A stretch of DNA of 32,277 nucleotides from a virus. Taxonomy: Duplodnaviria; Caudoviricetes. The position numbers were made by a program, and so were the translations under genes. How positions within the stretch are numbered: the first letter of the stretch is position 1; every line of letters starts with the position of its first letter. Under the pieces are notes generated by a model, which worked only from the letters and a program-made list of their open reading frames with translations, ran no database searches and had not been told where the DNA came from. Below, piece after piece: positions 8,531-17,882 of the stretch. The stretch is taken from IMG/VR virus record IMGVR_UViG_3300033562_002506, positions 1 to 32,277 of that record; one strand, written 5' to 3'.

Positions 8531-9013
8531 GTGATTACGACCAAAATCAAAGTAAAACCTCACTTGGCCGAATATTTGTACGGAAAATACAATAATTGCG
8601 ACTCCAGGTGTCCCATCAACCTACCCGAATCCGATGACCTGTATCACCTCATGTGGCAACTCATGAAGAAGCGTCCCAAGAACGCTACCCCAGTTGACGA
8701 CGGAAACCTCTGGCTCAATCTCGAAGAGAAGCATAAAGGCAAAGATCCCAACGTCTATAATTTTCTTGATGCCGGATCCACCATTATTATCGAATCCAAA
8801 ATAGAAGCCCTGTTCTTCCTGGAACTGCACCAGCGCACCGACGAGAATAGGAGAGAAGGTTTCCCAATAACAACACAACAGGTAGTTTACATGATGTTGT
8901 GTGAATATGGAATCGAAAGCATAACCGAAGACGCGCTTATTAAAAATGATTACCGGTGGCAGGCAAAAGTTCGCCGAAACAAAAAGAGGCGTGCATATAA
9001 CCGTAATAGTTAA
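8531..9013 (+). CDS. hypothetical phage protein, possible transcriptional regulator
   Basis: 160-aa GTG-start ORF after an A-rich leader; basic C-terminus; lies between the putative origin and the late genes. Function is inferred from position only. Confidence 0.65.
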   Translation: MITTKIKVKPHLAEYLYGKYNNCDSRCPINLPESDDLYHLMWQLMKKRPKNATPVDDGNLWLNLEEKHKGKDPNVYNFLDAGSTIIIESKIEALFFLELHQRTDENRREGFPITTQQVVYMMLCEYGIESITEDALIKNDYRWQAKVRRNKKRRAYNRNS

Positions 9014-9073
9014 ATGATGTTAAAATAGACATAAAAAAATTACCCCTAAATACCCCCCATTTTGTCCATCAAA

Positions 9074-9113
9074 TGCGTAAAAAGTGCGTAAAAAGTGTGC
9101 AAAAAGTGCGTAA
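9074..9113 (+). repeat. 11-bp tandem repeat TGCGTAAAAAG (~3.6 copies)
   Basis: Units at 9074, 9085, 9096 (TGTGCAAAAAG variant) and 9107 (partial). Confidence 0.75.
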
Positions 9114-9133
9114 TACTTAAAAATCAATTAGTT

Positions 9134-9508
9134 ATGAAAGAGTTTAGCAACATTATTAGCGTCTATCCCGTGGCCGATCTTACAACAGAATCACCTCGAC
9201 CCTGGGAAGCCGATTTGGTAGGAACACATTGTTTCACTGCCGACGATTTTTTGTTTGATCCGGTACCCTCACAATCCGAAGCCGGTACCATCTTCGATGC
9301 CAATAAAGAATTGACCATCGAAACCCCCTCCGCCACCGAACTCGCTCGATTTTCCTATCCGGTTAAATCCATCGTAGTCATTCGAGATACCGACTCAGTC
9401 AAGTACATCATTGGATCAACCCGACTTCCTGCCACCGTTCAAATTCAAAAAGGAATCCAAAAATCACGACTAATTATGGTTGCAAAATTGTTGCAAAGCC
9501 CTTTCTAG
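9134..9508 (+). CDS. hypothetical phage protein (124 aa)
   Basis: ATG at 9134 after an AT-rich leader; precedes the protease gene. Confidence 0.65.
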   Translation: MKEFSNIISVYPVADLTTESPRPWEADLVGTHCFTADDFLFDPVPSQSEAGTIFDANKELTIETPSATELARFSYPVKSIVVIRDTDSVKYIIGSTRLPATVQIQKGIQKSRLIMVAKLLQSPF

Positions 9509-9519
9509 ACAATATTTCC

Positions 9520-9554
9520 GTCCTATAATAGCCCACCTCATACGAATAGCTTTG
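9520..9554 (+). promoter_or_regulatory. putative phage late promoter (GTCCT-N22-TAGCTTTG)
   Basis: Bacteroidota -7 box TAnnTTTG with a GTCCT box starting 27 nt upstream; same geometry at four other sites; 16 nt before the protease ATG. Confidence 0.6.
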
Positions 9555-9570
9555 CTTCAAATCGTACGAG

Positions 9571-10545
9571 ATGGACCACACCAATACCTCTCCAGCAAGT
9601 GATATCATTCCGTTTCTCTTGTCAGGAAACCAATTCATCACACGTGAATCTTTAAGCGCGTTGATGATTCAGTATGCGCCAGCCATAAAAAATGAGACAT
9701 TATTTTTTGGACTGGAGAAACCAAAAACCTACGCCGAAAAAACGAATGAGGAACTCCAGGCCCTAATCAAGCAGCTGGAGAAATCGTGCGATGTTGAACC
9801 AAACATCACTGACGATTACAGCAATCTGGACATTCCCGAAGGATCCATTGCTTACCATCGCATTTTTGGAACCATCCTTGCAGACTCCTACTGGTGGTTC
9901 TCAACCATGCGCTTCGAGCGAGATCTAGTTGCTGCCGAAGCCAATTCACAAATTGCAGTTCATTTTTTGCATATCAACTCCGGAGGCGGCGAAGCCTATT
10001 ACCTGGATCAGATATCCAAAACACTCAAAAACTGCGTCAAGCCAATTTTTGTACTCATCCAACGCACTTGCGGATCTGCAGCCTATTATATAGGTTGTCA
10101 CGGTACCGTCATCAAGTCGCTCACCCAAAACGACATTATTGGCTGCATTGGCACCATGGTCGCATTTTGGAACACCGACAAGTACATGGAGAATGAAGGA
10201 TTTGTAAAAATTGAAGTGTACGCCACCCGTTCCCCCCTCAAGAATAAAACCTTCAACGAACTCTGTGACGGCAAGCCTGCAAAATATCGCCAGGACATGT
10301 TGGATCCACTTTGCGAGCAATTCATCGCCGAAGTTCAATCCACCCGCCCCATCATCGCCAAACATCCCGACGATCATCCCATCCTCCAAGGCGAAACCTA
10401 CCGGGCCGAACTAGCCCAGGCATCCGACAACGGACTCATTGACGGCATCACCACCATCGCCGAAGCCATCCTCGAAGCCCACAATCTTGGACAAGACTGG
10501 CTCAACACCCGCACCATCAGAAATGGCATTACAAAACTCCTATAA
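9571..10545 (+). CDS. S49 (SppA/ClpP-like) head maturation protease
   Basis: LHINSGGG, CGSAAYYIG, IGCIGT, F..EV..TR and GLIDGI motifs; directly upstream of the probable capsid gene. Confidence 0.85.
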   Translation: MDHTNTSPASDIIPFLLSGNQFITRESLSALMIQYAPAIKNETLFFGLEKPKTYAEKTNEELQALIKQLEKSCDVEPNITDDYSNLDIPEGSIAYHRIFGTILADSYWWFSTMRFERDLVAAEANSQIAVHFLHINSGGGEAYYLDQISKTLKNCVKPIFVLIQRTCGSAAYYIGCHGTVIKSLTQNDIIGCIGTMVAFWNTDKYMENEGFVKIEVYATRSPLKNKTFNELCDGKPAKYRQDMLDPLCEQFIAEVQSTRPIIAKHPDDHPILQGETYRAELAQASDNGLIDGITTIAEAILEAHNLGQDWLNTRTIRNGITKLL

Positions 10546-10571
10546 TTATTAACCCATCTAATTTCAACAAG

Positions 10572-12608
10572 ATGAACAAATTCCAGAAACAACTTGCCGC
10601 AATCTTCAGCGCTCTCAGTTTCACCGACAAAGCAAAAGACGGTACCCTGAGCGAAGACGATTGGAAGAAAGTTTTTTCCGATTACAAGGAAAAATACGGC
10701 ACGGACCTGAAAGCCGATCTTCAGGAAAACCAACGTCTGGCAGCTCTTGAGGCTGAACAGAAACAGATTCTTGACGTGATCAACGCCGCCACCGGCGCTC
10801 CCGAAGCACCCGCTGCTGAAGGTACACAACCTGCTCCCGCTGCTGAAGGCGGAGAACCAGCTGCTCCTGTAGCTGCTCCCGTTGCAGAAGAACTTTCCCC
10901 AATTGCCAAATCGATCCAAAACGTTTTCACATCCATGCAACAACAGATTGACAAAATGGCTGCCGGTGCCAAACCTGATGTTCCAGCCGGTGCAACCGTT
11001 CTCCAAATCACGGCCCAAGGCCCTGGCACTACCGAATCTCATTTGTTCGGTATCTCTCACCCCATGTTCTCCCTGGGAAGCCGTTGGAATAAAATTGCAC
11101 AAAACCCTTCCTACGCCATTATCAATGAGCCGGACGAAGACGTCGATGCAAAAGCATTCCAGTCCGAACTGGTCAAGTACAGCAAATCTTTGGCACAGCG
11201 TTACACACAGCTGCAAAAGGATGGCCGCTTGGATTCCAAAGTTCTGAGCACCAATTTTGGTGTTACCACTACAGGTCTGGCCGATGCCGGTCTTGGAAAT
11301 CAGTACGTGATCCGCCGCCAGGACGCTTTGATCGCCCGCATTCTCGAAATCAAGAGTGTTGACGCCCTGTTCCCCGTTCGCTACGGTGTTCAAGATCGTG
11401 AAATGATCACGAACGCATTCTTCTCCGAAGTTTCTCAAGCATACCAGGAAGGTGAAATCTGGAAAGGTAGCATGACCCTAGAACCCGAATTCGGACACGT
11501 CGATGACGGTATGGCCAAATTCAAGTTCGGCTCGATGAAAGAAATCGAACGCCTGTACATCGGTTACCTGAACACTTCCGGTTCCGATCCTATCAAGTGG
11601 GGCATGATCGAATTCATGTTGCTCAACATGTACCTGAACATGGCAAACGAATACAACATTCGTCGCATCTTCGGTATCTACGTGAAACCCGAATCCGGAG
11701 TAGCCGGTTCCTACCTGAATGCCGGTACCGGTGTGTTCTACACCCTGATCCGTTACATCCACGAAAACAAACTTCTGCCCAATGCCGATGCTGCTTACGC
11801 AACATACGACAATACCGACATGCTTGACACCGTCAAGGATATGGTCGAAGAAGTACGTACCCATTTGGCTGCCGGCCAGAACATGAACGGACAAGCTGTT
11901 CACCTGAACGAAAACCATCAACAATGGTGGATCAACAATTGCCGTACCACCTATGGCAAGGACATCGACTTCCAAGGTCCCAACAGCTACCTCAACGTAG
12001 TTCCCGACACCAAGGTTGCCATCGTATGGGTTCCAAATATGGATCAGTCCAAATTCATCCTCATTCAACGTCCTGGCAATTTGCAAGGTCTTGGATTCGT
12101 ACCAGGTGAAATGTTCGCTGTGAAGCTCAAAGAAGACATGGAACTTGTCAAAGGTTGGTCTACCTGGAAAGAAGGTACCTCCGCATCCTTTACCGGTCGC
12201 CGCTTCACCACGGCTGCAGCCTTGGTTGCCAACGATTATGCCATGCAGCAAATTTACATCAACAAACCGGCCACGGCCATTGTTCCTGATGCAACCACTG
12301 CCAACGCAAACCTCAACTTCTGGTTTGTTACCGGTATCAATACCCAAGCTACGGCTCTGACCGACCTCACCAACGCAATTGGTGGACCGGCTTACATCAT
12401 CGAATGTGGTGACGTCGTTCATCCGACCACCATCGCCAAGGCTGCCAAGTTCTCCGAACTGACTGCTGCCTATACGCCCACCGCTGTAGGCGACTACATC
12501 ATGGTCGTTCTTGCATCTACTGGCAAGTTCCTCGAAATGGAACGCTGCGTAGGTGGTGTTCGCACCGTCAACCCGTTGTTGCAACCCAACGTTCCGGGAG
12601 CACGCTAG
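10572..12608 (+). CDS. probable major capsid protein with N-terminal scaffold-like region and C-terminal extra domain
   Basis: 678 aa, follows the protease; N-terminal coiled-coil and Pro/Ala/Glu linker; strongly biased codon usage; followed by a hairpin. Confidence 0.65.
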   Translation: MNKFQKQLAAIFSALSFTDKAKDGTLSEDDWKKVFSDYKEKYGTDLKADLQENQRLAALEAEQKQILDVINAATGAPEAPAAEGTQPAPAAEGGEPAAPVAAPVAEELSPIAKSIQNVFTSMQQQIDKMAAGAKPDVPAGATVLQITAQGPGTTESHLFGISHPMFSLGSRWNKIAQNPSYAIINEPDEDVDAKAFQSELVKYSKSLAQRYTQLQKDGRLDSKVLSTNFGVTTTGLADAGLGNQYVIRRQDALIARILEIKSVDALFPVRYGVQDREMITNAFFSEVSQAYQEGEIWKGSMTLEPEFGHVDDGMAKFKFGSMKEIERLYIGYLNTSGSDPIKWGMIEFMLLNMYLNMANEYNIRRIFGIYVKPESGVAGSYLNAGTGVFYTLIRYIHENKLLPNADAAYATYDNTDMLDTVKDMVEEVRTHLAAGQNMNGQAVHLNENHQQWWINNCRTTYGKDIDFQGPNSYLNVVPDTKVAIVWVPNMDQSKFILIQRPGNLQGLGFVPGEMFAVKLKEDMELVKGWSTWKEGTSASFTGRRFTTAAALVANDYAMQQIYINKPATAIVPDATTANANLNFWFVTGINTQATALTDLTNAIGGPAYIIECGDVVHPTTIAKAAKFSELTAAYTPTAVGDYIMVVLASTGKFLEMERCVGGVRTVNPLLQPNVPGAR

Positions 12609-12615
12609 ATTTTTT

Positions 12616-12651
12616 TAACAGGGAGAAAGCTTTAAACGCTACTCCCTGTTA
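12616..12651 (+). terminator. stem-loop after the capsid gene (terminator or mRNA stabiliser)
   Basis: TAACAGGGAG (12616-12625) / CTCCCTGTTA (12642-12651); the U-tail is weak. Confidence 0.55.
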
Positions 12652-12711
12652 TTAAAGTTTTGCCTGCCTTTTCTTAAAACCGTAAAGTCAATAATCAATA
12701 AAACATTTGAT

Positions 12712-13719
12712 ATGAAACCCATTCAAATTCTCAGAGCCCATCAAAGAGCCAAAGCCGCCGATCAGAAAAAGAAGACCGGCTTTGTGCTGTTCCTTTTAGC
12801 CTTCGTGGCCGTGATCGCTGTCATCGGCATCTTTGTCGATCCTTTGTTCTCCACCACTGGCCTGCACATGTTCGCCGGATCCGGTTCGTTAGCACTCATG
12901 ATGGGCATCGGTAATGTCGACGACATTTCCGATATGTACACCACGGGTGAAAACATTGTATTTCAGGTATATCTCATTGATGTAGCCGAGCAAATCGATA
13001 AGTCGCAAGCCTTCCCTTTGCCCAACGCTGCGCGAGAGGTAGGTCAAATACCGATGTCCGCCGGTCAATATATGAAATACATGGAAGCCCATTCTATTCC
13101 AACCTACAATGGAAAGGGAGACAAGGGTGATGTGACAAATTCTGGCACAAACTCCTTAGTCATCATCATGGGTGGAATAAGAGAGCAACTACTTAATTTC
13201 TGCGAAAGTCACCTGGGGAACAAGTTCATTATTCTGTTCCGTGAAGTAGGCGATACCTCATGGAAAATATTGGGAAGCCTTGATAAGCCAATGACGTTCA
13301 AAAACTTCGATGCTAAGAACGATAAGGATGGCCGTTACGTTACGTTCACCTTCGAACGTTCCAGTATTGTTCAGTATCACACTTATGCCGGCGCACTCGT
13401 TGTACAGGCACCAGCTGTTCATACTGTTGATGCCACGACCTTGGCCATCGCTTCCGGTCAAAACAATTACTCCATTCCGGATGGATCCGCCGCTACATAC
13501 GGTATCAATGCCATCTCTGGCATCACCGACAGCGACAAGGGCCGCGTAATCACCCTCAAGGGAACTGGAACCACCAAGTCCGCAACCATTGGAGACAACA
13601 CCGTCTTCGTTCTCGAAGGTGGCGCTACATGGACCGCCAAGGCTGGTTCTTCCATCTCCTTCCGCATCCTTGACAGCACTACGCTGGTAGAATGTGGCAA
13701 ACGTGTACAAACCGTTTAA
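12712..13719 (+). CDS. structural protein, possibly tail tube, with an N-terminal hydrophobic segment
   Basis: 335 aa, beta-rich core; located after the capsid gene and before a frameshift-linked ORF pair; alternative start at 12898/12901. Confidence 0.5.
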   Translation: MKPIQILRAHQRAKAADQKKKTGFVLFLLAFVAVIAVIGIFVDPLFSTTGLHMFAGSGSLALMMGIGNVDDISDMYTTGENIVFQVYLIDVAEQIDKSQAFPLPNAAREVGQIPMSAGQYMKYMEAHSIPTYNGKGDKGDVTNSGTNSLVIIMGGIREQLLNFCESHLGNKFIILFREVGDTSWKILGSLDKPMTFKNFDAKNDKDGRYVTFTFERSSIVQYHTYAGALVVQAPAVHTVDATTLAIASGQNNYSIPDGSAATYGINAISGITDSDKGRVITLKGTGTTKSATIGDNTVFVLEGGATWTAKAGSSISFRILDSTTLVECGKRVQTV

Positions 13720-13730
13720 ACCCCTTGATC

Positions 13731-14198
13731 ATGTATCGTTTCAAAGAAAAAAACAAACTGTACTATGATCTTCAGAACGCTGATTTCGCACAAGCAGATC
13801 TCGACCTGCTTTGCGAAATCAGTCCTGCTGAACAAGTCATAGAACGTGCAAAGCGCAATCCACAGCGCCATTGCAACGAAGTGCTGTACCGCCTGCTCGA
13901 CCTGAAGACCGCCGAAGAAATCCGCCTGCACCGTCGTAGTGCCGCACCTTCCAAGGATGACGCTAAAGGTCCCGCCGATGAAGCCGCTGCTATTGCTGCC
14001 AAAAAAGCAGAAGCCCTAGCAAAAATGCAGGCTGGAAAAGCTGCAAAAAAGGCTGAACGCGATGCCGAAAAAGCCGCTGGAAAAACTGCCGATCCGAAAA
14101 CTCCGAAAGTACCAAAAGCCAAAGCTGAAGTAAAAAAGGAAGATATCAATATTGGCAACGTTCCTTCAGCTCCAGTCGACACCGAAAAAAAAAAGTAG
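13731..14198 (+). CDS. hypothetical protein ending at an A10 tract (tail assembly chaperone-like position)
   Basis: ATG at 13731; Ala/Lys-rich C-terminus; ends GAA AAA AAA AAG TAG. Confidence 0.65.
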   Translation: MYRFKEKNKLYYDLQNADFAQADLDLLCEISPAEQVIERAKRNPQRHCNEVLYRLLDLKTAEEIRLHRRSAAPSKDDAKGPADEAAAIAAKKAEALAKMQAGKAAKKAERDAEKAAGKTADPKTPKVPKAKAEVKKEDINIGNVPSAPVDTEKKK

Positions 14199-14685
14199 TG
14201 CCCTCCAAAAAGAATTAGAGTATCCAGAAATCCACTGGACACAAATTCTTGATAAGGACGTTCAAACCGCTATTCTAATCTATAACGACAGGGTAAACAC
14301 CTATCGTGCAATGAAGGTTCTGGATCAGGAATTCGACAGCCACCCTACAGACGTGAAAGTTTTGAAGATGGTCGAATTGCGAAACCAGAACCTTCAATGC
14401 TTTAAAGAACTAGAGCATTTCAACAAAACAGGCAAATGGCTTTACATCCATCCGCTTATCATCCACCAGTCCGAATACAACCAACTGGTTGCCCTACGTC
14501 GTAAGGATCCGCAAGAGTTCCTCCGCCAGTACGTGGCCACCGATGGAAATGTTAAACGCTATACATCCTACGGCAAGTCACCTTCCAGAGAACCAAAAAG
14601 AAAAACCGACAAACTACACCTACAAGCGCACATCGACCGCGCCAACATATTTAAATCAATCCTAGAAAATGAAGACACCCATTGA
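14185..14685 (+). CDS. +1-frame ORF, probably expressed as a frameshift extension of 13731-14198
   Basis: The frame is open across the A10 tract; no good own start (TTG 14152, first ATG 14311). Confidence 0.6.
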   Translation, partial: KKKSSALQKELEYPEIHWTQILDKDVQTAILIYNDRVNTYRAMKVLDQEFDSHPTDVKVLKMVELRNQNLQCFKELEHFNKTGKWLYIHPLIIHQSEYNQLVALRRKDPQEFLRQYVATDGNVKRYTSYGKSPSREPKRKTDKLHLQAHIDRANIFKSILENEDTH

Positions 14686-14875
14686 AATCCACAATCTTGG
14701 CAACCTGCCCGTCGCCCCGCTTGACGAGTTCTACGATCTGCAGGAAGACTTTAAAGTTACTCCAAGCGTACTCCGATTTATTACCAGGTTCCCGGAGCAA
14801 CCAATCCGCCTGATCAGAAACGGTGTTACCCTTTCCGAAGAACAAACTAAAGCCATCATGTATGCCAACGCCTAA
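14669..14875 (+). CDS. small hypothetical protein (68 aa), possibly a deletion remnant
   Basis: Overlaps both neighbours, consistent with translational coupling. Confidence 0.5.
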   Translation: MKTPIEIHNLGNLPVAPLDEFYDLQEDFKVTPSVLRFITRFPEQPIRLIRNGVTLSEEQTKAIMYANA

Positions 14876-15215
14876 AAAAATAGAAAGCGCGAGCATGGCT
14901 CCATTCGAGCAAATAGGAGAGGACTACATCGCTCAAGTGCGTGCTTTTGGCGCATTGGGCTATTCTCCCGACCGCATTGCCACCATGCTTTCCATTACCG
15001 GAATGAAACGCACCTGCCTAATCATGCGCATCACTTCACCTGGTGACACTTACAACACCGCTTACTTCAACGGCAAGTCCATCGGTGAATACAACATCGA
15101 TGCCGAGCTGGCCAAGAAAGCCGAGAAAGGCGAAGTGGATGCCATCATCCTCCAACAACAGCGCAAGGATGAACGCCAGGAACTAGACCTGCGCCGTGAA
15201 CTGTTTGGATACTAA
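14862..15215 (+). CDS. HTH-like protein, candidate terminase small subunit
   Basis: ATG 14862; ALGYSPDRIATML HTH-like segment; two genes upstream of terL. Confidence 0.5.
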   Translation: MPTPKKIESASMAPFEQIGEDYIAQVRAFGALGYSPDRIATMLSITGMKRTCLIMRITSPGDTYNTAYFNGKSIGEYNIDAELAKKAEKGEVDAIILQQQRKDERQELDLRRELFGY

Positions 15216-15226
15216 TACACCTAGCC

Positions 15227-15868
15227 ATGACTACGACCGACAAACTCAGCACCTTTCATCCTGACCTCATCTCCAACTTTCTTGAGACCGGAAACAGTTC
15301 AGGCATTCCAAAAGAGATCCAACTATTCCTGAAGCAAATCCAGTGGGCCGCCGAGATCTATGAGTACGAACGCAACATCACCCGCTGTGCCAAGAAATTA
15401 AAAGCCCGAATTCTAGCTGAGCAAGGTGAATATGTGGATGTACGACTGTGCAAATCCCGTATCTACTCTGCTATCGATTACTTTGACATCGACTGCAACA
15501 TTGCTCAGAAGGTTTGGGAAAGCAATTATGCTGATCGGTACGAGAACCTCACAACCATGTGCATATCCAAGGGAGATTACAAAACCGCTAAACTATGCCA
15601 GGATGCCGCACTCGAATGCCGTCGTCGTTCCTCTGCCATTGCCGAAACCGAAAAGAACTGGGCACCAGTATTCCTTATTAGCAACATCCTTACCGCCGAT
15701 GACCTAGGCTTCGGCAAAAAGAGCCTGAAGACCATCGCTCGCAAGCACGAAGACGCCTTCTACTCACAGCTTATAGATTCCCTTACCAGCATTGATAAGG
15801 ACGAGAAGGCCCGCCTGAAATATGACGCCGATATCATTGAATTGGAACTCGAAGAAACAACCGACTAA
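15227..15868 (+). CDS. hypothetical helical protein coupled to terL (alternative terminase small subunit candidate)
   Basis: 213 aa; TAATG overlap with terL. Confidence 0.6.
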   Translation: MTTTDKLSTFHPDLISNFLETGNSSGIPKEIQLFLKQIQWAAEIYEYERNITRCAKKLKARILAEQGEYVDVRLCKSRIYSAIDYFDIDCNIAQKVWESNYADRYENLTTMCISKGDYKTAKLCQDAALECRRRSSAIAETEKNWAPVFLISNILTADDLGFGKKSLKTIARKHEDAFYSQLIDSLTSIDKDEKARLKYDADIIELELEETTD

Positions 15869-17616
15869 TGGAAAACGAAATAGATTCTATCCAGGGCTTT
15901 GAGGATTACTACATGAACTCCATGCAGATCCGTGCCACGCTCATTGACGCCAACATCCTTATTGCTGAGGTAGCACGCGCCGGTGGGAAAACGGAAGGCA
16001 TCACCGGTCCGCGCAGCATCCGTGTGGCCAACGACATGCCTGGTGAACTTGGCTTCCTGGTTGCGAAAACATACGTATCGCTACTTTCAAATATCTGGCC
16101 GAATATCTCAGCCTACTATGCCAAGCCCATCGACGGTGGCCGTCGCTCCATGCTCGAATATGGAAACGACTATATTGTTGGGGAGGCAAAAATTCCGTCT
16201 CACTTTAAACGCCCTCGCTATCCGATCAGCTACCCGAAGCACAGCATCCTATTCCGTAACGGTTTTCACCTGCAGATGGTTTCCAGTGACCAGCCGGAAT
16301 CTGTAGCCGGTCGATCCGGTGTTCATGCCTTTGTCGAAGAAATGAAACACAACTCCGGAGAGAAACTGAAGACCAGGCTTTTTCCATCTCTTCGCGGCTC
16401 CTCCGCAACCATTAGGCAGTCCGCTTACTATCAAGGTATTACTGGCGTCAGTGATACGGCCCGTGTGGATCTAGGAGAAAACAATTGGTTTGAAGACTAT
16501 GAAAAGAACGTCGATAAAGATCTGATCGATGAAATCGCAACGGTGGCCATGACCGTCAACAACGCCCAGGTCGCACTTTTCAAGATTGAACAACTGTTCC
16601 ATGCCGAAAAGAATCCGATTGTCCTGGAGAAACTTCGACTGGAAAAAGAAAAAGCAAAACGTCAACTTGTGCGTTGGGCCCCGCGCCTGGCAGACATGCG
16701 CCGGAATGCGACCTATTACATCCGTGCCAGCTCGTTTGTAAATAAGGAATTCTTAGGCCCTAAGTTCTTCAAGCAACAATACGACCTACTCGACCCGGAT
16801 GAGTTCCTAACGGCCATCTGTGCCATCCGTAGACGTGCGGTAGTGAACCGCTTCTTTGCCAACTACAATCCAAGAGTACACCAATATCAAGATTCCTATA
16901 AATACTCAGGTATAATGACTTGGGATATTTCGAACACCTTCAGACTGACAGCCCATTACCTGAAGTACTATGATCCATACGAAGAAATAATCATCGGTTA
17001 CGACCCAGGCAATTTCTCATCCATGATCGTTGCCCAGGAGAAACCCGACAAAAACCAACTCAGGGTACTGAAGGAATTTTTCTGTTACTCGCCAAAAGAT
17101 CAGACCGACATTGCCCGATCGTTTCATGAGTTCTTTGGTGAAAATGCTAAGAATAAGAGAATCAGATTATTCCATGACCGCGCAGGAAACAAGCGTCGGG
17201 AAGAATACGAACAGATCACAACCGACGCCCGCATCCTAAAGCGCGAACTGGAAGGCTTTGGATTCAATGTCGAACTTCAGAACGAAGGGCAGTCCACTAT
17301 TTATCACTGGATGCAGTTCAAACTTTTGCTTTTTCTATTTGGTGGCCGGTCCAACAACATGCCAGACGTTTTGATTGACGAAAACGAATGCCCGAACCTA
17401 TGCAGCGCCATCATGATTTCACCTATGAAAAAAACGGATGGAAAGATTGAACTAGATAAGTCATCAGAAAAAAAAATACCATTTAATAAGCAAGCCGGAC
17501 TCTCAACACAACTTCCATCGGCAGCGATCTATATGTTTTTTGGCCTTTATGGCGACCGGCTACCTGCTGAATTTTCCAATATACCTGATAATTTACCCGA
17601 TTTAGGCGCTGTTTAA
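15868..17616 (+). CDS. terL: terminase large subunit
   Basis: Walker A ARAGGKT, Walker B HAFVEE, RNase H-like nuclease motif IIIGYDPG; 582 aa; upstream of the probable portal. Confidence 0.8.
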   Translation: MENEIDSIQGFEDYYMNSMQIRATLIDANILIAEVARAGGKTEGITGPRSIRVANDMPGELGFLVAKTYVSLLSNIWPNISAYYAKPIDGGRRSMLEYGNDYIVGEAKIPSHFKRPRYPISYPKHSILFRNGFHLQMVSSDQPESVAGRSGVHAFVEEMKHNSGEKLKTRLFPSLRGSSATIRQSAYYQGITGVSDTARVDLGENNWFEDYEKNVDKDLIDEIATVAMTVNNAQVALFKIEQLFHAEKNPIVLEKLRLEKEKAKRQLVRWAPRLADMRRNATYYIRASSFVNKEFLGPKFFKQQYDLLDPDEFLTAICAIRRRAVVNRFFANYNPRVHQYQDSYKYSGIMTWDISNTFRLTAHYLKYYDPYEEIIIGYDPGNFSSMIVAQEKPDKNQLRVLKEFFCYSPKDQTDIARSFHEFFGENAKNKRIRLFHDRAGNKRREEYEQITTDARILKRELEGFGFNVELQNEGQSTIYHWMQFKLLLFLFGGRSNNMPDVLIDENECPNLCSAIMISPMKKTDGKIELDKSSEKKIPFNKQAGLSTQLPSAAIYMFFGLYGDRLPAEFSNIPDNLPDLGAV

Positions 17617-17843
17617 GTATAAAAAACAGATAGGCAGATAGTAATATCTAAACCGTCGGTTTGAATCCGGCAGGCGTTTGACGGCGGCCAAACGCGCAAG
17701 GTTTTCACTTTCAGCAGTTCAGCATACTGAAAAATATTTTTTAAATATTCATCAGACAGCTGACAACACGCCCCGCTGTCTCGCGGATTTGCGTTGCAAA
17801 AGGCAAAAAGCTCGGAAATATGACGTGGAGCCCCAATGCCCCC

Positions 17844-17878
17844 GTCCTTTCCACGAAGCCGGTCGATATATACTTTCG
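17844..17878 (+). promoter_or_regulatory. putative late promoter (GTCCT-N22-TACTTTCG)
   Basis: Same 27-nt geometry as the 9520 site; directly upstream of the portal operon. Confidence 0.6.
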
Positions 17879-17882
17879 ATGC

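Noticed and set aside
9064-9098. GTCC at 9064 as a sixth late promoter
   Set aside because: It reads GTCCA, and there is no TAnnTTyG box at +27.
10809-10870. 27-bp imperfect duplication (PAAEGTQPA/PAAEGGEPA) in the capsid gene
   Set aside because: Ordinary low-complexity linker.
10398-12584. Long minus-strand ORFs (346 aa and 368 aa) and similar antisense ORFs elsewhere
   Set aside because: They are shadows of strongly codon-biased plus-strand genes and have no recognisable motifs.
17617-17843. Non-coding gap after terL as a cos/pac site
   Set aside because: Only a short AT palindrome is visible; there is no supportable signal without genome-end data.
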